Positions 1 to 12,139 of a DNA stretch of 64,000 bases are shown in pieces (the stretch's first letter is position 1; every line of letters begins with the position of its first letter). This DNA is from the human T2T-CHM13v2.0 reference genome, Homo sapiens. The translations under genes and the position numbers were made by a program. The stretch is from NCBI RefSeq assembly GCF_009914755.1, contig NC_060937.1. The stretch is one strand, 5' to 3'. Below the pieces are notes generated by a model. It saw only the letters and a list, made by a program, of their open reading frames with translations. It was not told where the DNA came from and searched no databases.

Positions 1-98
1 GTTGGCCAGGCTGGTCTCAAACTCCTGACTTCAGGTGATCCACCTGCCTCTGCCTCCCAAAGTTCTGGGATTACAGGCGTTAGCCATGGCGCCCGGCC
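1..98 (-). mobile_element. Alu (AluS-type) 5' end, truncated by window edge
   Basis: gttggccaggctggtctcaaactcctgacttcaggtgatcc...gggattacaggcgttagccatggcgcccggcc is the reverse complement of the Alu left arm. Confidence 0.95.
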
Positions 99-592
99 CA
101 CTAATTTTTTAAAATTAATTTTTAAAAAATAGGTATGTATTTTTAATTGACACATAACAATTGTACATATTTATGGGGTACAGGGTGATATTTTGACACA
201 TGTATGGAGTGTGTAATGATCAAACCAGGCCAATTAGCATATCTATCACCTCAAACTTTATCTTTTTTTTTGTGCTGGTACCATTCAAAATCCTTTCTTC
301 TAGTATTTGAAAAAAATGCGATAAACTATTATTTACTACAGTCACCCTACAGAGCTACAGAGCACTAGCATGTATTCCCCCTATCTAGCTGTAGTTTTTA
401 AACTCTAACCAATCTTTCCCTATTCCCACCTCCCCGCAAACCTTCCCAGCCTCTAGCAACCACTATTTTATTGTCTACTTCTATTAGTCAAATTTAAGTT
501 TCCACATATGAGATAGAACATGTATTTATCTATCTGTACCTGACTTTTTTCACTTAACATAATGTCCTCCAGGTTCATCTATGTTGCTGTGA

Positions 593-915
<323 letters not shown>

Positions 916-972
916 GTCGGATTTCATTTTTTTTTTTTAAATATGACTGAAGAGTATTTCATTGGGGATATA

Positions 973-976
<4 letters not shown>

Positions 977-1024
<48 letters not shown>
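977..1024. repeat. (TA)n microsatellite, about 24 units
   Basis: Uninterrupted atatat run. Confidence 0.98.
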
Positions 1025-1028
<4 letters not shown>

Positions 1029-1035
1029 ACATTTT

Positions 1036-1216
1036 CTTTCTTCTTTCCTTGTGTTTGTTTGTTTGTTTGTTTGTTTGTTTTTGGAGAAACAAGATCTCAC
1101 TCTGTTGCCAAGGCTGGAGGGCAGTGGTATGATCACAACTCACTGCAGCCTCAACTCCTGGGCTCAGGCAATCCTCCCTAGTGGCTGGGACTACATGTGC
1201 GAGCCATTGCACCAGT
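1036..1216 (-). mobile_element. Alu monomer (FRAM/AluJ right arm) with (GTTT)n tail
   Basis: gatctcactctgttgccaaggctggagggcagtgg...cactgcagcctcaactcctgggctcagg; flanks acattttct/acgttttct resemble a TSD. Confidence 0.85.
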
Positions 1217-1914
1217 GTATACGTTTTCTATATCCATTCATCTCTTGATGGACACTTAGATTGATTCCGTAACTTGGCTATTGTAAATAGTTCTGCAACA
1301 AACATGGGAGTACAGATATCTCTTCAACATACTCATTTCCTTTTCGTACCACATCTTTATAATACCCTCTTTATTCATAGTCTGGGTCCTGAGGTATTGA
1401 ATTGAACATATATTTCTAAGAAAAGCGCGCTATTTTTGCCAGTATTTAATTGCAAAACTGAGGTATTAATTCCCTCCTTGCAACATAGTTGGGAACAGTT
1501 TCCAATATATTTACATGGTAAACTTAGGTGTTTTTTTTTTTTTTTTTAAAGCATGCGTCTGTATTATGAAAGCAGTACCAGAGTCCCGAAAAGAGACAGG
1601 GATAATCCTTATTGGTACAGAATCCCCATCATGTAATCAATATTAATATGCCTTGGCAATAACGTACCTTTAAATTTGATGTTCTTGATGGGGATGGAAA
1701 ACTCATGACATGACATGTATGTTCTGGGAAAGTAAACATTTGAATTGATAACAAACATAAGAAATTATTTGTAAGACCCAAATGGTGTTTACTGACCGTA
1801 TAATGGCTAGATTTTTCTGCTTATCAGTTCGAGATGTACTGTAGCTCTTCCTAGATATAACTATAACATTATCCTGTTCTATTTCTTATTATATGGAAGT
1901 CAATATCCTAACTG

Positions 1915-1990
1915 GCTAACTGGCACCCAATGAGGTCTCATGATCATTTATCAAATGAATGAATGAATGGGTGAATAAATGGTTGAATAA
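1915..1990 (+). mobile_element. L2 3' terminus
   Basis: tggcacccaatgagg...aaatgaatgaatgaatg, the L2-type (AATG)n tail. Confidence 0.6.
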
Positions 1991-2344
1991 AAGTCCAAGT
2001 TTATCTATACCTAACCAGAACCGAATAGAATGATACATTAGCTTTTCTATTTCTTGAGATCTGTTACTGTATTCAGCATGGTAATTTTCAAACTTTAGGC
2101 ACTAAATAAAGATTTGTTTTTATTAAACAACGTGGTTAACATTCCTTACCTCGCAAAAAAAAATTATACAGCATTTGCATTTGTTAAGTTTAAGTTAGTA
2201 AATTTTACTACCTTCTTTATTTTTCATATTAAGAATTCTTGCCCAACTGAAAGTTTTAAATCTCTCCCACAGATTTTCATAAATATCACTTCTCTTATGC
2301 TATAAGTCCATTTTACATATTATTGTTAAAAGGCTATGTTTAGC

Positions 2345-2645
2345 AAGCAATCTAGATGTTATATATCAAAGTGTCTATAGTTAATGACAATATACTACAT
2401 TCTTGAAAAATGCAAAGAGTGGATGTTAAGTGCTTTCATCACAAAAATGATAACTGTGAGGTAATGCATTTGTTTTTTCCTTTTTTTGCTTCTTTTTTCT
2501 TTTTACAAACCCTGCATGTGGCATTCAGTGCATTTGTTAATTAGCTAAATTTAGCTATTCCACAATTTAGACATACTTCAAAATATCATGTTGTACACAA
2601 TGAATACATACAATTATTTGTCAAAAAAAAAAAGAAAAACAAAAA
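2345..2645 (+). mobile_element. L1MA 3' end
   Basis: tatagttaatgacaatatactacattcttgaaaaatgcaaagagtggatgttaagtg...aatatcatgttgtacacaatgaatacatacaattatttgtc followed by poly-A. Confidence 0.85.
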
Positions 2646-2647
2646 AC

Positions 2648-2925
2648 AGCCTAGCACAGTGGCTCATGCTTGATCCCAGCATTTTAGGAAGCCAAGGCAG
2701 AGGAACACTTGAGCCTGGGAGTTTGAGACCAGCCTGGGCAACACAGTGAGACCCCATCTCTATTAAAAAAAATAGCCAGGCATGGTGGTATGCACCTGCA
2801 ATCACAGCTACTCAAGAGGCTGAGGTGGGAGGATGGCTTGAGCCCAGGAGGTCAAGGCTGCAGAGAGCCATGACTGCACCACTGCACTCCAGCCTGGGTG
2901 ACAGAGTGAGACCTTATCTCCAAAA
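2648..2925 (+). mobile_element. AluJ
   Basis: Dimeric Alu with J diagnostics ggatggcttgagcccaggaggtcaaggctgcag. Confidence 0.93.
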
Positions 2926-3044
2926 TACAATCCAAAGCAGAATACACAAGTGTAAATACAAGATCGGAGCCTGAATCCTTCCCAGGCTCTAGCAGAAAAT
3001 AAGGACTCCAGGAAAGAGGATTAATCCTGCCAGGCACTACCTTG

Positions 3045-3280
3045 AGCATAATAGGTGGTGCTGAAGAGCATGGGCTCTGGTGTTAGACCACAGGGTCTGA
3101 ATCCCGGCCTCACCAATTCTTAGCTTTGATTCAAAGGGCAAGTAACCTCAGTTTCTCATAGGTAAGATTGGATAATAGCATCTACCTCATAAGCTTAAGA
3201 GAAGAATTAGGTGAGAACATGCACATAAAAATCCCTGGCATACAGTAAGTTTTCAATAAATGTCAGGGATTACTATCATT
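3045..3280 (+). mobile_element. MIR
   Basis: aagagcatgggctctgg...tctgaatcccggc...gggcaagtaacctcagtttctcat...cctggcatacagtaag. Confidence 0.85.
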
Positions 3281-3789
3281 ACAGAGAACCCAGACTCTTT
3301 TTCTGGGAAATAGACAGCGTTTTTAAATTACCTGGTTTTTTTCCAAGTATCACTTGCCCTCAAGTTGATTTATGAATTAAGTGTTTTTCTCTTCTAAATT
3401 TGATGTAGATTAAAATTTGGTGTTTAATTCTTATTTTAGCATTATTACAGGGACGTTTGGGAAGGGTGAGAAGGAGAGTTATACCTAATGAAGTTCTTTT
3501 CCTTGAAAAAAAGGAGCCGTTTTTTCCAGATAGCAACAAGCTGGCACAGACACCCTTTCACTTGCCCTCTGTCCCCACTTGCCATTCCTCCCACTACTTT
3601 TCAACATTCTCTCTTCCTGACAGATGTCCTCATGATGATACTTCAATATAAAACAATGTGATTAAAAACAAATTGACACTAAAATATTAAAGATATGTCA
3701 TACTTCCCATGATACTTGCATTTTAAAATAGGTTTTTCTGTAATGGTTATGCTTAACATATTGTGCAAGCCTCAAACAGTGAAATTTGT

Positions 3790-4300
3790 CACTATAGTAC
3801 CAACTGTACAATAGAGATAATCTTGGCATATAGGGGGGTAAATACACATTTAACAAAAGGCAAGAGAAGTGAACCTGTGAATGATGGCCTGGTAAGTCTA
3901 ACATCAACAGTAAAATAATGAAACGGGCCTGACAAGATGAAATTTATCAAAATCTGGAGGTTAATGGAATCATGAGCAATAAGAAGCATGGTTTTATAAA
4001 GAGCAAATCATATCCGACACAATCAATAGCTCTTTTCAGCAGAATGACAAAATTAGAGGAAGAAGGGAATCAGGTAAGTGTTGCCTATTTGCACTATCAC
4101 AATGGATTTAAAATGGTCCCCGCAAATTTTAAATTCAACTGTAGATAAAACTGACTCAGTCATGAATACTTTCTAAAAGGCCCTGAAAAAAAAAAAGTAC
4201 AATGTCACAGATAATGACAATGCAGGCCGTTGTGGGATGCTAGAGTTAATAAAGCTCATTCACTGCATTTTCTAAACTGATGAAAAGGAAAAAGTGTATC
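3790..4300 (+). mobile_element. CR1/L3 LINE reverse-transcriptase fossil
   Basis: Manual translation TKGKRSEPVNDGLVSLTS..KIMKRA*QDEIYQNLEVNGIMSNKKHGFIKSKSYPTQSIALFSRMTKLEEEGNQVSVAYLHYHNGFKMVP is collinear with the CR1 RT motifs KKGKKEDPGNYRPVSLTS, QHGFTKGKSCLTNL and VDVIYLDFSKAFDTVP. Confidence 0.85.
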
Positions 4301-4779
4301 AGAATTGTGTATAACGTGCCAGTGAATAGCGCATTTCATAGAACACAATTAGGCAGATTTTAAAATACAATGGATAATCTAAAAGGATCCTAGGTGAGAT
4401 CCCTGTAACAACTATCTCCTGACTAAAATAAAACAGACTGAGATAAGGGGAAAGCCCTCGGGACCGAGAATCAATCAATCCTGGGTTGTGTTCTCTCTCT
4501 GCCTTTTCCAACTGCATTCTTCCATGATTCATTTAACTGGCTGGGATTCTTCCCCTAACCCTGACTTCAGGACAGCATATGAGTGGCAAGATCCTCATGA
4601 TGTCCACTGAATACCTTGGCTGTTTGACCACAACTGGATGGGAGAAATTTATATATCCTTTCTCAACTCTGGCACCCCGTCTTCTTCTTCCATACAGACG
4701 TAATCACAGCTTTGGTTCAGAAATGCTCTCCTAGCCCATAGTCTGTTCAGAGAAAGAGAGATAGAGAAATAAACAACTG

Positions 4780-4930
4780 AAAAGAAATGAAATAAAAGTT
4801 ATAATACAAGTGTGTAGAAAGTTCTAGAGCAACTCAAAGAAATAAGAGACTGTCAGAGAGAATTAGGTAAATGTTTCAAGAAGGGACATTTGGTCAGGGC
4901 CTTGAAGACTGGGTAGAGAGGAGGTGGGAA
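4780..4930 (-). mobile_element. L2 fragment
   Basis: ataatacaag...gggacatttggtcagggccttgaagactgggtag, diverged antisense L2 3' region. Confidence 0.5.
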
Positions 4931-5439
4931 ATGGAGGGTCTGCCACCTGAAGGGGCAGCAGACACAAAACTCTCCTCATGGATATGATGAGAAAGATAAC
5001 TTCTGTACAAGCTCCATCCAGCTCAGAATGCTGCTTGAAGAGCAGATGGAATGACCCACATGACAGAATTTTGTAAAATGCTGTATAAATATGAGAGATT
5101 GTAATTATGCTACGAGTAGTTAAAAATTGCTTTAAAAGAAAATTCGTAGTAGGCTAAATGCTAGAGGAGCCTAAAACCCAACTGCCTAACTTCAGCCTAA
5201 ATGCGGCAGCATTAGCATTACCAGGCTTTACACAGGGCTCTAACCCTTCTAACCATGAGTGGAGTAGGGAGACACCACACACAGAACAGAGGCCGAGTTT
5301 TCTTATGTGTACCTGTGCTCCCAGAGTGTGACTCACACATGTGGGATATGAAGCTGCCCACAGATCTGCATGCATCCACAGGCAGCAGCTGCCACTATCC
5401 TTCTCTGCAGCTATGTTTGGTGTGAAGAGGAGGGTAGAC

Positions 5440-5740
5440 TGTCCACATCAACCAAACCTAAAAGCTTGGAGTCACCTTAGACTCCTTCCCTCTGTGTTGT
5501 GATTTCATTGTAATTTATCATCTTTCTTGTTCTCATCTTTTCATTTCCTTCCATGCTGTCACCAGCAAATCTACCTCTTCACTTGGGAAATTACAAGGCT
5601 CCCTACCTGGGGTCTTCCATTAGCTTTTTAGCCTCTCTCTCTCCTCTAGTCCACTCTCCGGAACAACCTGGCATAGAAAAATACCACTGCTGTCCTGTTG
5701 TGCTCTTATTCGAAATTCATCACTAACTCCCCATTGTCAG
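5440..5740 (+). mobile_element. L2 fragment
   Basis: aaacctaaaagcttggagtcaccttagactccttccctct... pyrimidine-rich L2-like sequence. Confidence 0.6.
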
Positions 5741-5743
5741 TAT

Positions 5744-5872
5744 CAGTGATTCTCAAACTTCATTTGCATGAAGACTATGTCTGATATTTGTTTAAAATGC
5801 AGACTCTAGGATGTTCCTTCCCATTCTGACTCACTCATGGTAGGGCTCTGGAATCTTCATTTTTTAACAAAC
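5744..5872. mobile_element. MER5-type hAT-Charlie MITE
   Basis: cagtgattctcaaactt...tgtttaaaatgcagactctagg...ggaatcttcattttttaacaa. Confidence 0.75.
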
Positions 5873-6801
5873 AAAAATTTTGTGTTAGTTTTACTACTGT
5901 TTTGGGGACAGCTCAGAGGTCAGCTCTTATTGGGTGTATAACTGACCTTTAAATACCTGTTACCAAGTGTCTATTTAAAGTCACACAATCACTTCAGTTA
6001 GGCATGATTATCAAAACTATGAATACAATATATAATTTTTATATGCATATAATGCATATCTATCAATTTATATATTTAAACATATAGTACTATGTAAATA
6101 AAATACCAATTGGGATATCTTTCTGGCTCCAAGGGGCTACTAACTGGTGCAGAAATATGGGAATGACTCACAGTTTAAAAGATGCTAAGTTATCTGCAGT
6201 CATGTTCAAAGGAAGCTTGATTCATGGTCCTAGAATCACACAGTTTAAGTAAGCCTCCAAAAAATAACTTCTTCTGTTGGGAAGGGAGGGATATCTTCCT
6301 GAGGAGATTTAAGTCATCAGGTAATAAGCTATCTCTTTTTCTTTTCCTCCATGGGGTAAGATCGGTAGTAGTGGAACATTTAACTTATTCCTCCCATTAT
6401 GGTGCCCAATCCATCATTCCTCAGACTGGAGACTGGTACCTGTCTTCTGTCTAAAAAGGGTGAAATGATCAAGCAACAAACGATGTGCCCAGGAAATGGT
6501 CAGGAGAAAGGCAGTGAAACAGACAGGCATGTTGCGTAGACATAGTCCACAGTCCCAGAACTTAGCACACAAGGGTTCATGAATTTGATACGAGTCAAAT
6601 GGATGCCACGTTAGGCAATTGGGACTTTGGTCAACTTTCCAGTCACCAACCGGAATTAGAGGAGCCTGTAAGCAACAGGTTGTAGGATATATGGTGTTAA
6701 AGCAAAATAAGCAAAGGGCCATTAGACTGAGGCTATTTCTGTGCCCAGAACCCTTACACACACAAGCTGAAACTTAACTTAGGGGCATTTCTTACAACAG
6801 A

Positions 6802-8315
6802 TTTTTTTTTTTTAATTGACAAATGAAAGTTGTATGTATTTATCATGTACAACATCTTGTTTTAAAATATAGGTACATTATGGAATAGCTCAACGAACTA
6901 ATGAAAGTGTTCATTATCTCATAAACTTGACTTTTTTGATAAGTGGTGAGAATGCAAAATCTACTTAGCTATTTTTACAATACAATACATTGGGCCGGGC
7001 GCAGTGGCTCACACCTGTAATCCCAGCACTTTGGGAGGCCATGGCGGGCATGAACACCTGAAGTCAGGAGTTCAAGACCAGCCTGGCCAACATGGCGAAA
7101 CTCTGTCTCTACTAAAAAATACAAAAATTAGTCAGGCACGGTGGTGCGTGCCTGTAATCCCAGCTACTCAGGAGGCTGAGGCAGGGAGAACTGCCTCAGC
7201 CTGGAGGTGGAGGTTGCAGTGAGCTGAGATTACACCACTGAACTCCACCCTGGGCGACAGAGCAAGACTTTGTCTCAAAAAAAAAATAATTAATTAATCA
7301 AAAAAATACAATACATTGTTAACTGTAGTCACCATATTGCAGAGTAGATCTCTTTTTTTTTAAGCTACCTTTCTTTATTGAAATCAATTAGAATTGATAG
7401 ACATTTGAATGCATATTTTACATACCTTTGTTCCCATCTAACTGAAATTTTGTATCCTTTTTCCAGTATCTCTCCAACTCCCAAACCATGGCCCCTGGTA
7501 GCCAGCACTCTACTCTCTGCTTCTATAAGCCAAACATTTTTAGATTTCACCTATAAGTGAGATCATGCAGTATTTGTCTCTGTGCCCAGCTTCTTTGACT
7601 TAACATGATATCCTCCAGGCTCATCCATACTGTTGCAACTGAAAACAAATTTTCACTTTTTTAAGTTGAATAGTATTCCATTATGAACATATACCACATT
7701 TTCTTTCTTCATTCATCCGTTGATGGACACTTAGGTTGATTTTGTATCTTGGCTATTGGCAAATAGTGCTGCAATAAACATGAGAGTACAGATATCTCTT
7801 CAAAATAATTTTATTTCCTTTGGATATATAACCAGTAGTGGGATTGCTGGATCATATGGTAATTCTATTTTTAGCTTTCTAAGGAACTTCCATACTGTAT
7901 TCCATGATGGCTATGCTAACTTGCATTCCCAAGCAAAGGTTTAAAGTTTCCCTTTTCTCCACATCCTCGCCAAAACTTGTTCTCTCATCTCTTTTTGATA
8001 AAAGCCATTGTAACAAGTATGAGGTGATATCTCATTACGGTTTTGACTTGCATTTCTCTGATGATTAGTGATGTTGAGTATTTATACCTGTTGGCATTTA
8101 TATATCTTCCTTTGAGAATGTCTGTTCAGGCACTTTGCCCATTTTTTAATTGGGTTATTTGTTTTCTAGCCACTGAATTGTTGGAGTTCCTATAATATTT
8201 TGGATATTAACTCCTTGTATCAGATGTTTGGTTTTGCAAATATTTCTCCCATTTCACCAGTTGTCTCTTCACTCCATTAACTGTTTGCTTTGCTATGCAG
8301 AAACTGATTAATTTT
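6802..8315 (-). mobile_element. L1MA 3' UTR and ORF2 end, interrupted by an Alu and a short retro-fragment
   Basis: ttttaattgacaaatgaaagttgtatgtatttatcatgtacaaca...gtagtgggattgctggatcatatggtaattctatttttag...tttgctatgcagaaact. Confidence 0.92.
6993..7304 (+). mobile_element. AluS with 14-bp TSD
   Basis: Full dimer; TSD aatacaatacattg at 6979-6992 and 7305-7318. Confidence 0.96.
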
Positions 8316-8599
8316 GAGTCAAGCTTCAGCCAGTCATAGATAGCCAACTAGCCCACTGGTTAAATAATTTGGGGCCTTTCATCAGATTATACCCATATAG
8401 GGCAAGGGCTCAGCTGTAGCCAATCTAGTAGAGTACTTTACTTTGCTTCCGCATTTAGTCTGTAAAAACCCACTGCTCAAGCTGCTGGAGTCAAGCTCTC
8501 TGAACCTCTCCTGGTTTTGAGAGCTGCCCAATTCATTCACCATCCTTTACTTAAATAAAGTCTGTTAAATTAATTTTGTCTAAAGTTTTTATTTTAACA
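8316..8599 (+). mobile_element. ERV1 LTR 3' part (MER34/MER39-like)
   Basis: gctcagctgtagccaatc..., gctctctgaacctctcctggttttgagagctgcccaattc, aataaa, terminal ttttaaca. Confidence 0.7.
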
Positions 8600-11529
8600 A
8601 TAGTCATCTGTGGAGACAATGGGAGGAAGAGACTATATCTCAGCAGGGTAACCAGGCCAGGGAACTGAACAGTTAAGGCCTCAAAGAACCACCAAATGAA
8701 CCCCATGAAAGATCTAGCATTTGAAGGCCTGCAGCCTGGAGAGAAACAATGGCCACATTGGTTGGAAACTGTACGACAATCACAAGAATGGACTGCAGCC
8801 TCCTGCAGCTCCAAACAGTGCCTGGGACTGAAAGAGGCCTGACACTCTCCCTGGCCACTGGTTTTATAAAATTTTAAATAAGCTTCTCCACAGCCATGTA
8901 AAACCTCTGCTCTGTCTCTTGGAGAGAGAGCATTGAATTAGAGTGTAATATCTAAAGTTGACTGATCCAAACCAGAAGTCCCAAAGTGTTATGAGATGAG
9001 ACTAACATTCATCAGATGGTGTGGAAATACTCTCTGAACATAAATGTTTATAAATGTCATACTTTTTTTTAAAAAAAGCACAAACATAAAATAAAGAAAA
9101 TATAATTCCAAAGTACATGTTAATAATTCTTCTCAATTTTGAATTATGTATCTTAAGTGTACCATGGTGTAAAGAAAAACAATTTTTGATTGGAATCAAA
9201 AGACTTGAATTATAGTGCCCACCAAAATATTGAAAAACTGGATCAATGATATAACAATGATGAACAGTAGTTTTGTATCCATGAATTAAGAGCAGTAATT
9301 ATTACAGTACCCACCAAAAATGGGCCATAGTATCATAAGACTTTTGAAATTCACTCTTCACCTCTCAGTTTTTAGTAGAGATATTAAAAATAAAAACTCC
9401 ACATAACACCAGATATTATTTTGCTCATTACTTGTTAAGTGTTTTTGCCAAGCTAATCTCTTTTCCAGTATTTTTGGGTATTCATCTAACACCTAATTCT
9501 AAAATTGTATATCTAAATATGGGAATTGGACTGTATGTTTTCTAAATTTCTTTCAGCTCTAAGACTTCATGATTCTCTTTTCCTTCAGTTTTAGTAGTTT
9601 TAGTATACCTTTTATTAGAACTGTTAACAAGTCTGAACATCGTCCAATTTCATTTTTTTTTTTGCCAGAATTAATGAGCAGTAAAATAATCAAATGGGAG
9701 CAGAAATATATAGAGAGAAGACATAAGAGGAAAAAAATTTTGAGGAGAAATAACTGACTGGAAAATCAGCTAAAAAATATCAAGGGTTAACTCCCTCTTC
9801 ATCTTATTTAATAGAGTATGCCATTAGATGTAATTCACATATGGATTGGATTGTCTAAAACAGACAAAGCCTTTGAAAATGATTACAGTTGAAGCTAAAA
9901 TGTTCATAGATAATGAAGCTGAAGAAGATTGTCACTTCCTGATTCAGATATTATGTGAAAGAATCACCAGTCTTAGATAAAATAGTTGAAAATTTTCATG
10001 TTACCTGGCATGAATTTGAACTGTCTAGAAAGAAATAGCTCTTAAGAATCAGTTTCTTGGCAACTTGGTGCCGTGCCATAAGGTAGTCTCAACTTCTGCT
10101 TTTTAAGCAGGTTGAGCTGATGCATTGCTGGGACAAATCATAACAGAGCCTCATCCAGCATTTGTGATGTTCTATTCCCAGCAAGTTCGTGTGTCCCTTG
10201 ATTCAAGAATAGGTATTGAGTTACAAACACCTGGTATTGCAAGGATTTTTACTTTGTCCACAAACACTAAGTTACCTATGTACGTAACCCAAATATCATT
10301 GTTCAATAAGTTGTAAAGGAAACACGGTAATTTAGAGATTGCCAATGTAATCAGGCAGGAAGAGAGAGAGGCCAAAGAGAGAATTTCACATCAAAAACCT
10401 GTTCACTTCTCCTGCTGAGGCTAAAGTAACTACGAATCATGTTAATTAATCTGCCATAAAATGTCACAGACTAAATGAGTTCAAAGGATTTCAATTCAAT
10501 CCATAGTGCATCACAAATACCACCATGAACTACAGCCAATGCTGCAGCCTTAAATCTGAGAGACATGCAGATAAGAAGACAGGTGTATGCATAAAAGAAT
10601 AAAGTATAGTAGAAACCAATTACAGCAAAGTCGTTTTTCTTCCACAAGAAAAAATTTTATTATAAAAAGAAAAATTACTACAACAAAAGGGACTGTGATT
10701 TTTTCTAATGATTGAAGTATCTATCTACTTTCTTGATGAAATGAATTTCACTCAGGTTGAATTATAAATAAATTGTCCAGTTTGCCATGAATATTATAGT
10801 TTTACTAAAAATCATACCACCCGCACTGAAAGATATAGTAAGTCCTAAACCTCATGTCCTAAACAATCAGATGTAATTACTGGGGCATTTAGAACTAACA
10901 TGATGTTTTCATATCTAAGATTAAATATGCAGATGGTGACAAAGTCTAGGGTGCATCTGGTTCCGAATAAGAGGTTGACAAAGGCTCTCTTGCTTGTTCT
11001 GTTACTTAAATATTTGACAGGGTACAGATATCTAATATGTAATTTTGTAGGTGAACATCATCACCCAGCTAATCCTACTGTGGATATCCTTATATTTCAG
11101 ATCTGTAGTACTCTTTCGACTCTCATCAGATTGTTGATGGTGGCAGCTGAACACTTAAGCCCAGCAAAAATGTATTATTAGCAAAAATCTGGCTTATTAT
11201 TCAATTATCAATGGCTGGTTGAACTCTCAAAGTAGGCTAAGTATGGCTTTGATAAGTATGCAGAAGTTCTCAAAGTGTTCTAAAATAGTAATTCCACAAA
11301 ATGAAGCTTTCCTAGATAACCTTTGTTTTTGTTAAGATATACCGGCCCTTTGCTCATCAGTATAACGTAGACCATATTGTGCCAAAATGGACTTCAGCCT
11401 ATTGATATTTCAGGAATGCTAAGATATTCTGTTTAAAATAAAAAAGAGGCGGAACCTGGGTTTTTGAGGAACCTGGGTTTTTTTTTTCTTTCGATAGAAA
11501 TAATGTTTTAGATAATACATTTGTAGCTA

Positions 11530-11730
11530 GTGTTTGACTCAATGATACAGCTTATCAGTGTTACTATGAACTCAGCATTACTTGCATGACCTTTTAAAAG
11601 CCTCTTATCTTCTCAGGCTTTCAGTCTGGGTGACACTAATAGTAATATTTTATAATATTTTGCAATGATTAAATATGTCAGAGAACCTAGCACAGTTCAT
11701 AAAGCAGATACTCATTATGTTAGTTTTCTT
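11530..11730 (+). mobile_element. MIR (diverged)
   Basis: atgattaaatatgtcagagaacctagcacagttc...ctcattatgttag. Confidence 0.55.
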
Positions 11731-11849
11731 TCTGCTTTGAATAAACATTTCATTCTTTCCTTCTTTGCCCTCTTCATCCTCTACTCCTTATTTCTGCCCT
11801 TCCTTAGTCATTTGTCTATTATGAGGATCATCATCTTGTATTGAATTTG

Positions 11850-11990
11850 TTTTTCACTTATCTATCTTTCCACTTGACTATAAACTCTGTAAGGACAGGA
11901 ACACATATTTTCATCATTATAGCCTCAAATCCTAGTACCTTTAGCACACATAATAAACTCAGACTAGCTACCTCTTGAAAGAATCAATTT
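11850..11990 (+). mobile_element. L2 3' end
   Basis: cacttgactataaactctgtaaggacaggaac...cctagtacctttagcacacataataaactc. Confidence 0.7.
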
Positions 11991-12139
11991 TGGGAATATA
12001 AAATTTAATCCCTGCTTCTGAAATAGAGAACATTATAAAAATATAATTTTAAAAACTTTTATTGCCATAACCCCGTACAGATGATAAAGGGCTTCCACGT
12101 GCATAATTCATTTGTTTAATGTATAAAACTATCTTGAGG

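Noticed and set aside
10900-11181. 93-aa ORF with acceptor-like sites (ttttgtag|g, atttcag|a)
   Set aside because: No homology recognised and no convincing matching donor; such sites are common by chance.
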